A stretch of 62,439 nucleotides of DNA, the filler included, from Perkinsus olseni (Eukaryota): NCBI GenBank assembly GCA_013115125.1. It is 18 parts of 18 records of this genome, joined end to end, with 100 filler letters (N's around TTAATTAATTAA, not from the genome) between each part and the next. Parts side by side here need not be neighbours in the genome. Positions count along the whole stretch, not along the records: positions 34,975 to 38,351 come from JABANN010001414.1; positions 38,452 to 41,809 come from JABANN010001415.1; positions 41,910 to 45,260 come from JABANN010001417.1; positions 45,361 to 48,710 come from JABANN010001418.1; 14 more parts are not named here. One strand, given 5' to 3'. Made by a program: the position numbers and the translations under genes. This document shows, in pieces, positions 34,875-46,648 of the stretch. Each line of letters begins with the position of its first letter. Within the stretch, counting starts at the first letter, position 1. Below the pieces are notes generated by a model that saw only the letters and a program-made list of their open reading frames with translations, had not been told where the DNA came from and made no database searches.

Positions 34875-37687
34875 NNNNNNNNNNNNNNNNNNNNNNNNNN
34901 NNNNNNNNNNNNNNNNNNTTAATTAATTAANNNNNNNNNNNNNNNNNNNNNNNNNNNNNNNNNNNNNNNNNNNNGCAGCGCATCCTTCGACCTTCCATCC
35001 AGACCAGCAAAGTCCCCCTAGGTGACTTGTTTCCAATCTCGGAGAGTGCCAGTCTCAAATGTGGTCTCGGAATCAGAGGCTCCCCCGGACAATATATCTA
35101 ACAGAGCTATCCTGCGTCGCAGTCGTAGTGCCGTTCCCCGGTCGGGCTTCCTCGCCGATGAGCCGCCCAAAGCCTTTGGAGGTAGATATGTGGCCGGGTC
35201 GACCGCTACTCTTGTCTTTTTCTAGGCCCTCCGGGCGCAGTTTCACCACTCCCTTTAACGAACGTTGAACTCCATCAGCATGAAGTTGATTTCGTTGGGG
35301 GACGTCCATTTGGCCACCGATCGGATCGAGCGCTGATGTTCGCACAAGCGCCCAAGTTGGCCGCTCTCTCCGTGGGTGGAAGTGCTTCACAGTCGGAGCG
35401 CCATTTTTCCCGTTCCTATTAGGGCAACACGTACGTAGTCCAGAGCCGCTCACCCGGGGTTGCAGGAGGAGGGCTTATGCTCTTGCCATCAGGGTCTTCG
35501 CCAAACCTCAGGTCAGGGCGCATCTACGGTTTGCTCCCTCGACCATGATCAACCTTAGATACGCCAGCAGCGATAGTATGAAAGGTCGACCGGATGCTGC
35601 ACAGCAAGGGGACCTTGCGATATCTGGGCGCTCAGCAGTCACCCGACTGCCTCGTCTCAGTGGGGTTGTCCGAGGGGGGAGGGGACCGCAAGAAGACGGC
35701 AAGGTAGATAGAAGAAGTCCGTTCATTTCTCCTCGATGGACCTCCTCAGTTTTCTAACCTGCGTCGCGTGTTGGACCTCGCTTTGACGGAGAGTGGAGAC
35801 CTCAGACGAAGCCTCGACGATGAGACCGACCTGCCTGTGCCCCCGGCGTCCCCAGCGAACAAGTGACCATGCTGTGTGTTACATGTATATTGATGGTTCG
35901 ATCTTTCCCACCCTCTGACTCAGTCTCTGAGATGCGTTCTTCGCTGAGTGTAATTTCCGGTTGAAATGTACGGCTGAGATTCGTTGACGTGCGCTTACCT
36001 AGCCTAAAGATACCCAAGGGCGAGGTTGCCCGCTTTTTGGGGGCGGCTAGGCTCTAGCAAGGATGGATATCACATGACGTGTGCTTGGATTTTGCCGTGG
36101 CTCGCCACTAGTACACACGTTCTAAGCCAAGACTGACCTGTGCGAGAAGCAGCAAACTTCTCGAAGGGTTGCAGCGAGGGACGGAACCATGTGCACTTCA
36201 TTGACGATTCGCATGTTACTACTGCAACATCTTCCGTCCACATTCACTCGAACACGAGGAGAAATGGAACAGTGAACGTAGGAATGTGGCAAGCATAACT
36301 GAGACAAATGATGCCCCCCGAACGCTGTTATTTGACAAGAGTGCCGCCTGAGAACATGACGCCGTCTGAGCGACATTGCTGATGGATAATCAACAGTCTA
36401 GAAAAAAGCCCTCGGTAAAGCATCAAAAACCCGACTCGAGTCCCCTGAGTTGAGGGTGGGACCGGGAAGAGTAGAAATCAACACGGTCCGAGCCGTAGAA
36501 AGTTCAACATCTCAGCTCATGCGCCTGAGCCTCGGATAACAAGGACCTCTCGGCCTCTGCTACATCGGAATCTTGGGAAGAGTTTGCATGGTTAGGAGTG
36601 AAAAAAATCTACCTTCCTCTGGTCGAGGAGGGATCAAGCTTGTAGGCGGTGTATCCTTGTCGCCAGTGTATCCAGATGAGTTTATTTTCATTGTCGAAGA
36701 TGAGCTTATTGAGAGTCTTCTTAGACTCATGCCGTTTGAAGTAAGACAAATGGGGAACTGCTACCAGGCGAACAGAGTGGAGACGAATGAATCGTCGGGT
36801 GAGGGTGTAGAGAGCATAGAGGTTGGTCGGAGAACCTTTTCCGTCGTCCACGTTGAACGTGATCTTACAGTCACCTGCATGGGACAGGCCGAACTGCAGA
36901 GCCCTGATGGGTGGAGTAAAGTCGGCCGAGCCTTTCACCGAGGTGTCAAGCTCGTAGCGACCATACAGACATCCCGGGCACGGCTTTGCTTCGGCAGAAT
37001 ACAGATCGCCGCGATGATGAGCTTAGGGAGAAAAGCCATACTTACTCAAGCGTCGAGCTGAACAGTGAAGATGAAACCGTGGAAGCACCACGGAAACGCT
37101 AACCCCGAGCTGAACTTTCGACCATGCGACTACTCAAGAGCGAGATGCGAAGCCCGCGGCCTCTTCATAAATACCTTCACCGCGCAGAAACTCTGTGCTT
37201 GGCGGATAGCGCGGATGTAGCACAGGCGCCTGCGAGGAACGGCGGGTCAGGTGACGCCAACCATAGCGTGATCGAGTGACGTCAGTTTTCTGAGGAAAAC
37301 GTAGGAAACGTGAGGAATCGTATGTCGCCCGCCTTGGATTGAAGTATTGGGTTCACAGGGCTCTTAAATGAGCGTGTTCGTAGCTCCGATGTGAGGCTGT
37401 TACGCGTTAAAGAAGCTGACCAAGACCTAGTGGAGTGCGGACCGTAACCCCGTCAACCCGAGACCCGACTCACCAAAAACCCGAAGGCCGCTCAGTGTAA
37501 GGGGTCAGTAGTCTCGGGTGAGCTCCAGAGCCATGCTCAGGATACCGGGAAGCTCCTCAGAAAAATGGATTCACTCCCTGGCGACCCCCCTTCTATGAGG
37601 GAGGGATAGGCGGGCGCAGAATTCCCCTTAGGAGTTAGGAGTAGCTTTCACCAGCCAAAACTGCGAAACGACAGAGAAGAGGAGAGG

Positions 37688-38351
37688 GGAAGCCCTCGCC
37701 GCTGTTCCAGAAGGGCATGCAGCCCGTGGTGTGGTCAACGCGGGAGTGACCGATCAATTGAACGGCCACGTTCGAGGATCTCGGCTTAGGTTTCATGAAG
37801 GAGACGGTATGGGTTGGAGTAGAGGGGCAGGAATCGGCAGTCTTCAGTATGGCAAGACGAACACCGATAGACATCTCCTTGCCGAGTGAGGTCCTCTTGC
37901 GGTGTCGTGGGTGGCGTAATGACACTTTTCAGGGTGGCTGCCGGTCTGAAGATGCGAGAGGTATGCGATGGCATTGCTGCTCTTGAGGTGGCTCGTAAGT
38001 GTTGCCATTGGGTGAGCTCAGCCATCCTCGACCGCCAACCACACTGACCCTTCTCCTATTGAAGTTTCCAACCCGCCGTATTTCGCACTAATTTCACACT
38101 GGCCCTATAGATGTCGAAGAGCCAGAAGTCAGTCCTCTTCGCGAACTGCTTTTGTGGGACGAGAGAGCTCGCCACGGTGTGGGAGGCTACTTGTCGACTC
38201 AAAGCACATCAAGAGGATCGTGTTCATCCCGACGAGCGCAACTCTTTAGGCCAGGCAGCGTCCTTCGCGGAAGCCAGTGTGTTGACCTTCGAGTACACTC
38301 CTCAATGGGAGGATGATACCGTGTACTTCGCCTACACCTTCCCGTACACGT
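37688..38351 (+). CDS. Cytosolic carboxypeptidase (CCP/AGBL, M14D) N-domain exons, partial
   Basis: Exon translations KPSPLFQKGMQPVVWS, GMGWSRGAG...QYGK and VLTFEYTPQWEDDTVYFAYTFPYT match CCP N-domain motifs. Confidence 0.7.
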
Positions 38352-38451
38352 NNNNNNNNNNNNNNNNNNNNNNNNNNNNNNNNNNNNNNNNNNNNTTAAT
38401 TAATTAANNNNNNNNNNNNNNNNNNNNNNNNNNNNNNNNNNNNNNNNNNNN

Positions 38452-38518
38452 TTTACTAATTTGCTCTGGGCTTTATTAAATTGCTCTGGGGTTTTACTAA
38501 GTAGGTCTGGAAATGGTG
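38452..38518. mobile_element. End of a third copy of the CACC-MITE family
   Basis: ...GGGGTTTTACTAAGTAGGTCTGGAAATGGTG|TA. Confidence 0.88.
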
Positions 38519-39649
38519 TAGTTGCTCAACGCCCCTTTAACCGTCAACCATCAGAAGTTGGAAGCTTTCAAATTGACTTTTCCCGCATAGAATTGGTTAC
38601 TAGCTAGTCAATTGGTATTGGGTTGCCAGGTAATTCGAGGGACTCATCTTCCCACAGTTAGTGATTATCTTGAGACCGTCTCAGCGGGACGGTACGTTAA
38701 CTCTACTTGATGGGATCTCAATACTATTAATGGCTGGCATTGAACGGCTCACTATAGCTCGTAAAGGGTAGGTGGTGACAGCCAGCCATCACCAGCTGAG
38801 CCCGAAAACAGTCTGCCACATATGCTCGGGGAGTACACAGCGTCCGTAGGGAGATGAATCCCTCGTGGAGGGAAGCTGTCGGTTCCAGAGGACATTGAGA
38901 TTGTTCGCACAGACCGGTGGAAATTCAGGAGTAGTATTAGAAGCATCCCGGACACAAAAACACGGCAAGCTACGAAGATGGCCGCTGTGCGACCCGAGTT
39001 CAGATACTTAGTTGGCTTTTTGGCTCGGTGTGCACGGCTCTAGTTCCGATATTGAGAGCTCTGTCATACCACTACACGGGGCACGGAAACAGCTTATAGA
39101 GCATCTGTCGATACGTGCTTGCAGCTACGTAGAATCTTACGCGGACGTGAGGCCCGTGCGGGACATTTTTGGAAGAGTTTTCTCCCTCCCAAAAGCTGCG
39201 AAACGCTTCGTCAAGTATGTCTGTCAAGATGACGACCGGAACATTGGGGGTGTATCGAAGGGAGTTTTGACGGGGACGATCATAACACGAAATGAACCAG
39301 ATGGAATTGCACTGGCTGGAATGGCCGTGGGGGAGATGAGATGCGGATGGGATTATACCGTTCCATTCCGACGGGGACCACCTCATCGGATGTGGTGTAG
39401 TGTTATTCACGCCGCTAGTTGTATCGACCATCGTCGGCTGGATTTCGCATCGGTTTGCTAGACGACCCCCGAAGCCGCCCACAACTATCGCGTTACACAG
39501 TGCGTTAAGGTGTTCTTCTAATCACAAATTGTGATTCACAATCACAGAGTTCCAACCGCCAACGTGATTTGCCAACTCTTTGTTAGTATTCATACCGCGT
39601 TTAACGCGAGGGTCCACCTCATCCCAGACGACACGGCGGACCACACAAA

Positions 39650-40070
39650 GACTGGAGGGCAAGCGGTTTGCCGCAAACCACTTAGAGATGGTCCAGTGGA
39701 CAGTCCAAGTCACGGGAGAGCAAATCACTTGAAGACGACAGAGCCAACCAGTCAGAGACGGGACGGCCAACCACTTGGAGACTACGCGGCCAAACACTTA
39801 GACAAGACGAGACGGCGAACCACTCAGAAGACGAGGGCCTCGTCTCTTGAGTGGTTCGCCATTAAATGCGAACCATTCGATGGTTTGCAGCAAACAAATC
39901 AGAGGCGGAAGGACAAGCCATTCAAAGACGATGACCTAAACCGCTCAAAGACAAGAGGGAGGACCGCTCAGACACGAGACGGCGAACCACTTGAAGACGA
40001 GACGCCGAACCACTCTGAGACGAGACGTCCGATCGACGTTCACTCCGCCAAATCAGCCGTCTGAGACGGC
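39650..40070 (+). repeat. Degenerate minisatellite of ~20-25-nt units (GAGACG..CGAACCACTTGAAGAC)
   Basis: AACCACTT(G/A)GAGAC / AACCACTCAGAAGACGA-like units recur many times. Confidence 0.65.
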
Positions 40071-40253
40071 CCGTCTCATGAACTTCTTTCTGGATCTTTA
40101 CCAGCGATCGGCCCACCTGCACCATCTCATGATGATAACCGCTCGCTGAAGCTGTGATGGTCCACTGCCGGTCAAGCAGTCCCATCCGGCATAAGCCTGT
40201 CCCATTCGCCTAGTGCATGTTTCCTTTACATGCAGGTTTTCTCCTCACCAATC

Positions 40254-41063
40254 ATGTCTATTCGCCTCATCGCCTCTCTCGCCACTGCCGCCTTCATGGC
40301 TAATGCCGACAGCTCCGCTGAATACGGAAACTTTGTCTACCAGTCTAACGGTGCGAAAATGTTCGTCAACGTCACCAAGGACGGTATGGCTCGGTTTACT
40401 ATAGACTGTGGACGGCCCTACGAAAGTGATTGGTTCAGACTGGAGAGGCCGCATGACGACCACGACAACCTCTACCCCGACGTCATCCATGAGTTCCCAT
40501 CGGGCTCCTACGAGCATCGAAAATTGATCCACTACAGCAAATATGTATGCCCCCAGTTCAACATCGTGGACGGCGATTTCAACAGCTTCTATATCGACAG
40601 CGAGGGGAATTTGGAGACTGAGTTCGAGGATGACTACGTTATCCTCAAACGTGAATGGTTGCAGTGGAGAGAAGGAAGGTATACGTCTAGTTCGGAGTCG
40701 CACCTGGATATGCAACTCGACGTTCTCCCCAGCGGACACGTTTATGTGAGGCTTGGCTGCAAGGCATTGCCAGGACGTCCTGCGGACGGTCCCTACCCTG
40801 GCGAACCTGCAACTCCTGCAGGAACCACTGGCTACAAGCTGTTCCGTCTCGTTAGTAAGGGAAACCACTACGAGCTGGCACCCTACTCCGGCCGTAGGGA
40901 CACGGTGAAGGAGCTTGCTGACACTTTCGAACGAGTCTGCCCTGTCTGGAAGAACTCCTATGATTTCGAGGAAGACTTCAAGACGGTGAAGTTCGCTACT
41001 CCCGATATCATGTATGCCTTCGGAGACTACTTCTCCGATCGTCTCTTCAGAAGCAATCGATAA
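40254..41063 (+). CDS. Secreted protein of unknown function (intronless)
   Basis: Signal-peptide-like MSIRLIASLATAAFMANA, strong GC3 codon bias, and two internally similar halves each with a Cys pair. Confidence 0.8.
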   Translation: MSIRLIASLATAAFMANADSSAEYGNFVYQSNGAKMFVNVTKDGMARFTIDCGRPYESDWFRLERPHDDHDNLYPDVIHEFPSGSYEHRKLIHYSKYVCPQFNIVDGDFNSFYIDSEGNLETEFEDDYVILKREWLQWREGRYTSSSESHLDMQLDVLPSGHVYVRLGCKALPGRPADGPYPGEPATPAGTTGYKLFRLVSKGNHYELAPYSGRRDTVKELADTFERVCPVWKNSYDFEEDFKTVKFATPDIMYAFGDYFSDRLFRSNR

Positions 41064-41909
41064 AACATTCCCTCCTTTTTATTCATTCGGGTTTTCATTA
41101 GCGTGCCGCTATCGTTACCGCCAACCGTGATAAGTCGGCAGTCGCTTGAACTTCTTTAAGCCCCTCATAATTGACGCCTTGAGTTACCAGTGTTAAACAA
41201 TACCAATGGTACCAGTTTATCGTCGGTTGTAAAAGTTCTTCCATCGATTCTAAGATAGGTGTCTCATGCTTAAAACAGTCTGTACCTGGTCCTTGTTTGC
41301 GAATGATATTCCCCTGTCTCGATCGAGATGAACAACGGCCGCTGGCCCTCATGGCGACATGTCGAGGAGTCAAAGGCTCGTGTAAAGTTAGGTTCGTAGT
41401 ATTGCGTATGCGTAACAAAGGTGTGCTAAGCCCTTGATGTGATGACTCAACGTAGGCCAAATAGTCGCCAGATAATGCTCAAACTCGGAGCCTGCTGCGC
41501 AGATATAGCTAGTGATGTTTATGCGTGCAACTACTAAGGCACAGACATCTAAATGAGAACAGCCAACTATATCATAGCGCTAATCTCACAGCTTGTTACC
41601 ACGTTAGTAGTCCCTCCAAAAGATGAACATACGAAAGGTCAGGGTGACTGATGACCTTCTCCAAACGCTAAGCGGCGTGGAGTGAGTATCCCGTCCACTG
41701 GAAAGACAGTCATCACTATGAACTCAGTACTTCAGCCTACATGAATGTGTCAACGTAGTTGAGCACGAGGATATGATCATGGTGTACTACGGCATGAAAC
41801 GTCGATATANNNNNNNNNNNNNNNNNNNNNNNNNNNNNNNNNNNNNNNNNNNNTTAATTAATTAANNNNNNNNNNNNNNNNNNNNNNNNNNNNNNNNNNN
41901 NNNNNNNNN

Positions 41910-41982
41910 GTTACATAGCTACGCTACGCTGAATGATCGATAGAGCAGATCTTAGTGGTACACAATAATTGTCCCCTTTACA
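41910..41982 (-). mobile_element. Second copy of the TGTAAAGGGGAC terminus
   Basis: Reverse complement of 34802-34874 with few mismatches. It abuts the hAT remnant. Confidence 0.75.
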
Positions 41983-42600
41983 TCAAGGTGAGGACTGTGC
42001 TGTGAGACCTTATAGTTATTGCCGATGGCAAGGGTGCGACTATCACTTGGGCTCTCCGCCAGATGCATGAGCGCGACAATGTGAGCATTCGTCGGTGCTA
42101 CTCAGGGACTTCAGACGGGGCCCTAGTTATGCTTCGTGCCTCTGAGTTAACCGAGGAAGGGGACGAAGACGCCTGGATAGTCTGTCACTGCATGGCTCAC
42201 CGCTTGGACCTAGCAGTGAGCTCCGACATGGGGAAGAGGTCTAGTATCTGCCAGCGTATAGAACGCACTCTGAGGATAGCCTACAGCGTCTTCAACAGAT
42301 CCGGCCAGCGGCGTAGGCCCTACCGTAGGGCCTAGGGAGCTGAAACGGTTTGACGGTGAATTCGGTATGATGGTTCTACGGTATAACTTATGTCAGCCGC
42401 TCTGCAGGATGTGCGTTGGCTTTCGAAGCTGCAATGTCTGAGCATACTGTACTGGTCGAAAGATTCTATTGCTGCGTTCATAGCCAGGCGCAGCATGGCG
42501 AGAGGGGATGAGACGGATTGGGAACAGGTGGACGACATTAAGGACCATGAGCTGGTGATTCGTCAAGGTGCTTTCGCCGAATCGGCGGCGCCGATGAAAC
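41983..42600 (+). pseudogene. hAT-family (ZNF862-like) transposase remnant
   Basis: TSDGALVM, HCMAHRLDLAV, YSVFNRSGQR and DVRWLSK motifs, with in-frame stops. Confidence 0.78.
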
Positions 42601-44026
42601 AGTATATCTCACGAGGAAATCGGGTCGGTCGGACGCTACTCGGCCGGTGTCCCCGAATAAAGATTGGAGGGAGTCGGTGAGAGCCGCATCATCTGAGCAG
42701 CAGGCGGGAGAGCCGACGGCGGGCTATGACGCGGGCGAGGTTCAAAAGACCATTGACGAGATGGAGGCCGATCGTAAGGCTCATGATGAGGCGAAGGTTA
42801 AGAAGGATGAAGAAAAACCTCGGCGAGTGCGAGACGGGGAGAGAGAGAGCGCTGTACCAAGCGGTTCGGGTTGCGCTCGTTCGTGACAGCGCCATGGAGC
42901 TACAAGGAGGTTAGAATCTATGACGACTTTGGTAGTGACGTCGTCACTGTGACGATCTGCTGGCCCAGACCGACAAGGAGGGAAGAACCTATTATCTCCT
43001 GGGTTACGAAAATCGCTCCAAAGGTGAAAATTGAAGCAAACAAGCTGTTGAGAGGAATCCTCTGAGGATTATCCTCAGTACAGGAGCCGAGGGTACGGCT
43101 TCAGGGGGAAAACTAGGAGGAGCTGTACACTTGCTTCCCATATCTTCATCTTTTCCGTCTTTCTTCATCATCACCAACGTCGAGATTTTCATCGATACGT
43201 CAGAATTATCCTATTTTGAGTCCAGAAGTTGGCAAGACGTTGAGCCTCTAGTCTGTCAATTTGTTGGTAGCCTTAGCTGATGGCGGCCGAGCTGACATCT
43301 TAGGCAAGGATTTCTGCATATCAGAAGGTTCCTGGGAAAAGGATAGGGGAATTCTCGACCATTATCTGCATCGGCAAAGAAGACACACTCGAGACTCGAC
43401 CATATATATTAGTGGTATAGCGATGTAGTGATATATTGGGATAGCGCTTTGCACGCCGCCCTGGACCAAAGCGGTCGAATCGAGAGAATGCGCATATCTG
43501 GTCTCACCGGCAGTGCATGGGTAGACGCAAATTGCTGAATCTTGTCGAGCCCGGTGGAAGTAGTAGACTCAAGTTTTTAGACTATGTCCCACTCCGCACC
43601 CACACAGGGGAAGTTGATCGGCATGGCTCGCGACCTCAGGGATGTTGTCATCGGTAGCTCGCGAGTCGCGACTACTAGTCGAGCCAGTAGCTCGAAGAAT
43701 GTACCGTGGTTATTCGTTTGTTTGATCATCTGACAGTAAGATTGCTACTAAGGCCAGCTCAGTGCGAATTTCGCACTGCGAAACATTCCAAGCCATGACA
43801 AGCATAGTTTCGAAGCTTTGACGCAGCCCAATCCATCGGAACGGACAGGCGCCAGAGTTCGAGAATGGAACAGTCGACCGGTCGTGACTCTAAATACCCA
43901 CAGCGCCCAAGGCCCATTAAGTGGCGGGACGAAACACTTCTGAATGGTTCACAACAGGAGATTTGGTCACCTGGTGAGTCACCAGTGGTGACCATTACCA
44001 TGGCCGTTATCGGAAGGTGATACATA

Positions 44027-45260
44027 CTAAGTCCTCCCCTGGATGAACCTCTTCAGCATCACAATCAGGCAGGTAACGTTATCTCTCGAGTTCTTCTCTA
44101 TGATCGCATCGCTCACGAGTTCCTGAGGAAAAAGCCAATCCACGGTGGATTATCCATCAGCCTCAGTCGACCTATCGCGCGGTGCCAGTACGGGAATGAT
44201 CAGGGCCCGTCGGGCCCGGCCCCATCATCGGGCCGGTGCTCTGTCCACTGAGCAGTCATCTTACTTGAGCAACAACCGCGGGATCTTGCTCGCCTTTTGG
44301 CATGCGCAGCAGCCGACTTCTCACGAAATCGACGACTTCCTGCGCGAAAGAATGCAGGAGATCGAATGCGGAGGCCTGTGTCCAATGAACAAGACGGTAG
44401 CTCACCTGTGATGAAAGGACATCGAACAGACCATCACAAGCGATTACGATGAATTCGTCTCCGTCCTGAGAGCACCTCCCTTACGCAGCACCGGTGAGTG
44501 AACTTCGCTACTCACTTGGATGAATTCAGCATGAATTTCCGGCTCCGAAACGACCAATGGCGTCTGGTCCGCAGGCAACCCTGTTTTATACTCCAAATCA
44601 CCGAAGGCTCGAGACACCGCTAGCCTGAGAGACCAATGATGACCACACGCCGCGGAAACCTCTAGAAATATACCTGCCGAGGACTCTTCCAAAGAAAACA
44701 AAACCTCCCGCTTCTCGTATTCTCTTGAACTCGTCCTCTCGTGAAGGGCGCTGGTCACTGGATAGATTTATCGCCCTGCTCAGCGCGCCCTTATACAACC
44801 ACTTTGAGCTCAGCATGCTGGTAAGACCGCGCTGTTACTGAAGGAATACTCACCTTCCGTTACGAGATAAAACGGCTCGCGCATCGCCGGTATTCGCACA
44901 TATTATTGCCCTTCCCATGATAAGCACTGTTACTGACACACAACCTGAGGAACGACGGCCAATCAAGAGTGAACAGCTCTTGCAGCGGCGCACCGGTAGC
45001 GCTCGGCCACTCTTTCTCCGTGGCGGTCTGAATGAAGGCTTCATCCGTGCTGTGATGAGCCTGAGGGCCGCTCTGCTGGTTGCACTTCCGCTATTTGGAG
45101 CAGAAGTGAAGAGGAAGGAATTGGCGTAGATTACGTTCAGTGAACGTCGTTCACCTCTCTTGCATGAAATTTACAGGAACCGAACAGTCGGCCCTGCGAG
45201 CGACGACAAGACATACTTGTTTCAAGCACTCTAGTACTTCGCCATAGACGTCTTGAGAAT
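44027..45260 (-). CDS. Protein phosphatase 2C (PPM family), multi-exon, 5' end missing
   Basis: Exons encode TDEAF, GCVSVTVLI...ANTGDARAVLSRNG, LSSDQRP...EFKRIREAGG, RLAVSRAFGD, VVSEPEI, DEFIVIACDGLFDVLSSQ and DNVTCLIV. Confidence 0.93.
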
Positions 45261-45360
45261 NNNNNNNNNNNNNNNNNNNNNNNNNNNNNNNNNNNNNNNN
45301 NNNNTTAATTAATTAANNNNNNNNNNNNNNNNNNNNNNNNNNNNNNNNNNNNNNNNNNNN

Positions 45361-46163
45361 CTCGCTGGGGCCCTTCCCGCTCGGCGACATTTCCCTGGGC
45401 ATACAGCATGGCGCTAAACCCCCGTACACCAAGCGTCCTATTTCAGGTCGGTCAAGTTTGAAAGTGAGGCCAAAAAGCAGTTGGGGAGTCAAGTTATGTT
45501 GTTGAAGACCAGGTCGCCTTGGCTGAGCGGGGGTGGTGAGCGTATGCACGCGTTGGGACTTCGCATCGCTCGGGTACTCCTCCGCAGTCAGACCGGCGCC
45601 GGCAGCACGGGCAGCCGCCGCCGGAGACCGAAAGCTGGCTCCGTTGACCTCGAGGAGATCTGCAGAGAAGTGACCTTACTCCTGAACACCCGCCCCTTGG
45701 ACTTCACCAACGCCGAAGATGTCTCTGGTGAACTCGTTGTTGTCACTCCCGAGTCGGGAGTCCCGACTTACTTGCCCGTGGTTTTACGCGTAAGACTGGC
45801 TGTCTGGCTCTGCCTTCGTCGGGCGCCCCGATAGCGGCACGGGTGCGAGCGGCGAGGGCATTCTTCCTTGCCCGTATATTTGGTAATATGCGGCAGGCGG
45901 TGGCGCAGTCCTGCGGTTACAAGTCTGCCCGAGGTAAGCCCTTGCACCTTGACGTCGACGACCCCGTCCTAGTATATCGGCCCGGTAAGAAGCTGGCTCC
46001 CGGGTTCCGTATGGGTCGTGTGACTGCTCTCTCTGGTGAGGGGCGCTCGGTAACGGTACGATTATCCGACGGCTCGGAAGCCGTCCAGCACCACTATAAC
46101 GTGGTCAAGCTACTGAGAGATCCTGCCCTGTCGCAGCAGGGGGGTCGTGATGAGATTTCGTGA
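45361..46163 (+). pseudogene. BEL/Pao-type integrase C-terminal part, disrupted
   Basis: LAGPF, SPWLSGGGERM, EEICREVTLLLNTRPL and FRMGRVTALSGEGRSVTVRL resemble BEL/Pao integrase and its C-terminal domain. An internal deletion and frameshift are present. Confidence 0.8.
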
Positions 46164-46424
46164 GTCCGGAGTGTTGCTACGGCCATGACGCTGTGACGCC
46201 TTTGGCCCGCACGCCCGGCGGGACCGCACGCCTGTGACGCTCCATGAGACGTGACGGACAGCGTGACGTGACGCACACTGTGCGTCGCACAGCGTGACGT
46301 ACGCAACCCGGACTCCTAGCTTTCATTGCTATGCTCCTACTGCTCACGCCTTTCCTTTCCTCTCAGTTTTTACACCCCGGAATACTTGTCTACTTTCGTT
46401 GTAAATCTTAACATCGTTTCAACA
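46148..46424 (+). mobile_element. 3' LTR of the contig-14 element
   Basis: PPT-like AGCAGGGGGG, then TGATGAGA ... TTTCAACA (TG..CA with an imperfect inverted end). Internal GTGACG repeats. Confidence 0.65.
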
Positions 46425-46648
46425 GAACCCACGAAATTTCATGAAATTTCAGCGCGAAATTTCGGGGCTCGTGCCCTGCGGGCACATGCTGTTCAGAATA
46501 GTCGGGTGATATTGATGAGTAGGTTAGTGCGGCAGGCTACAGTACTTACGGTCCCAAGTTCTATCCATGGGCGTGTCATTTTCTGGGACAAATCCATATA
46601 TGGAAGTATCACCCTTAGACGAAAAGATCGAAAGACAAACGAGCGATC

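Noticed and set aside
36100-37200. Minus-strand LQFGLSHA...NVDDG, possibly a decayed reverse transcriptase
   Set aside because: Motif spacing is too short and there are many stops. It cannot be supported without a profile search.
39650-40070. CRISPR-like repeat array
   Set aside because: The units are degenerate and adjacent with no unique spacers, there are no cas genes, and the context is eukaryotic.
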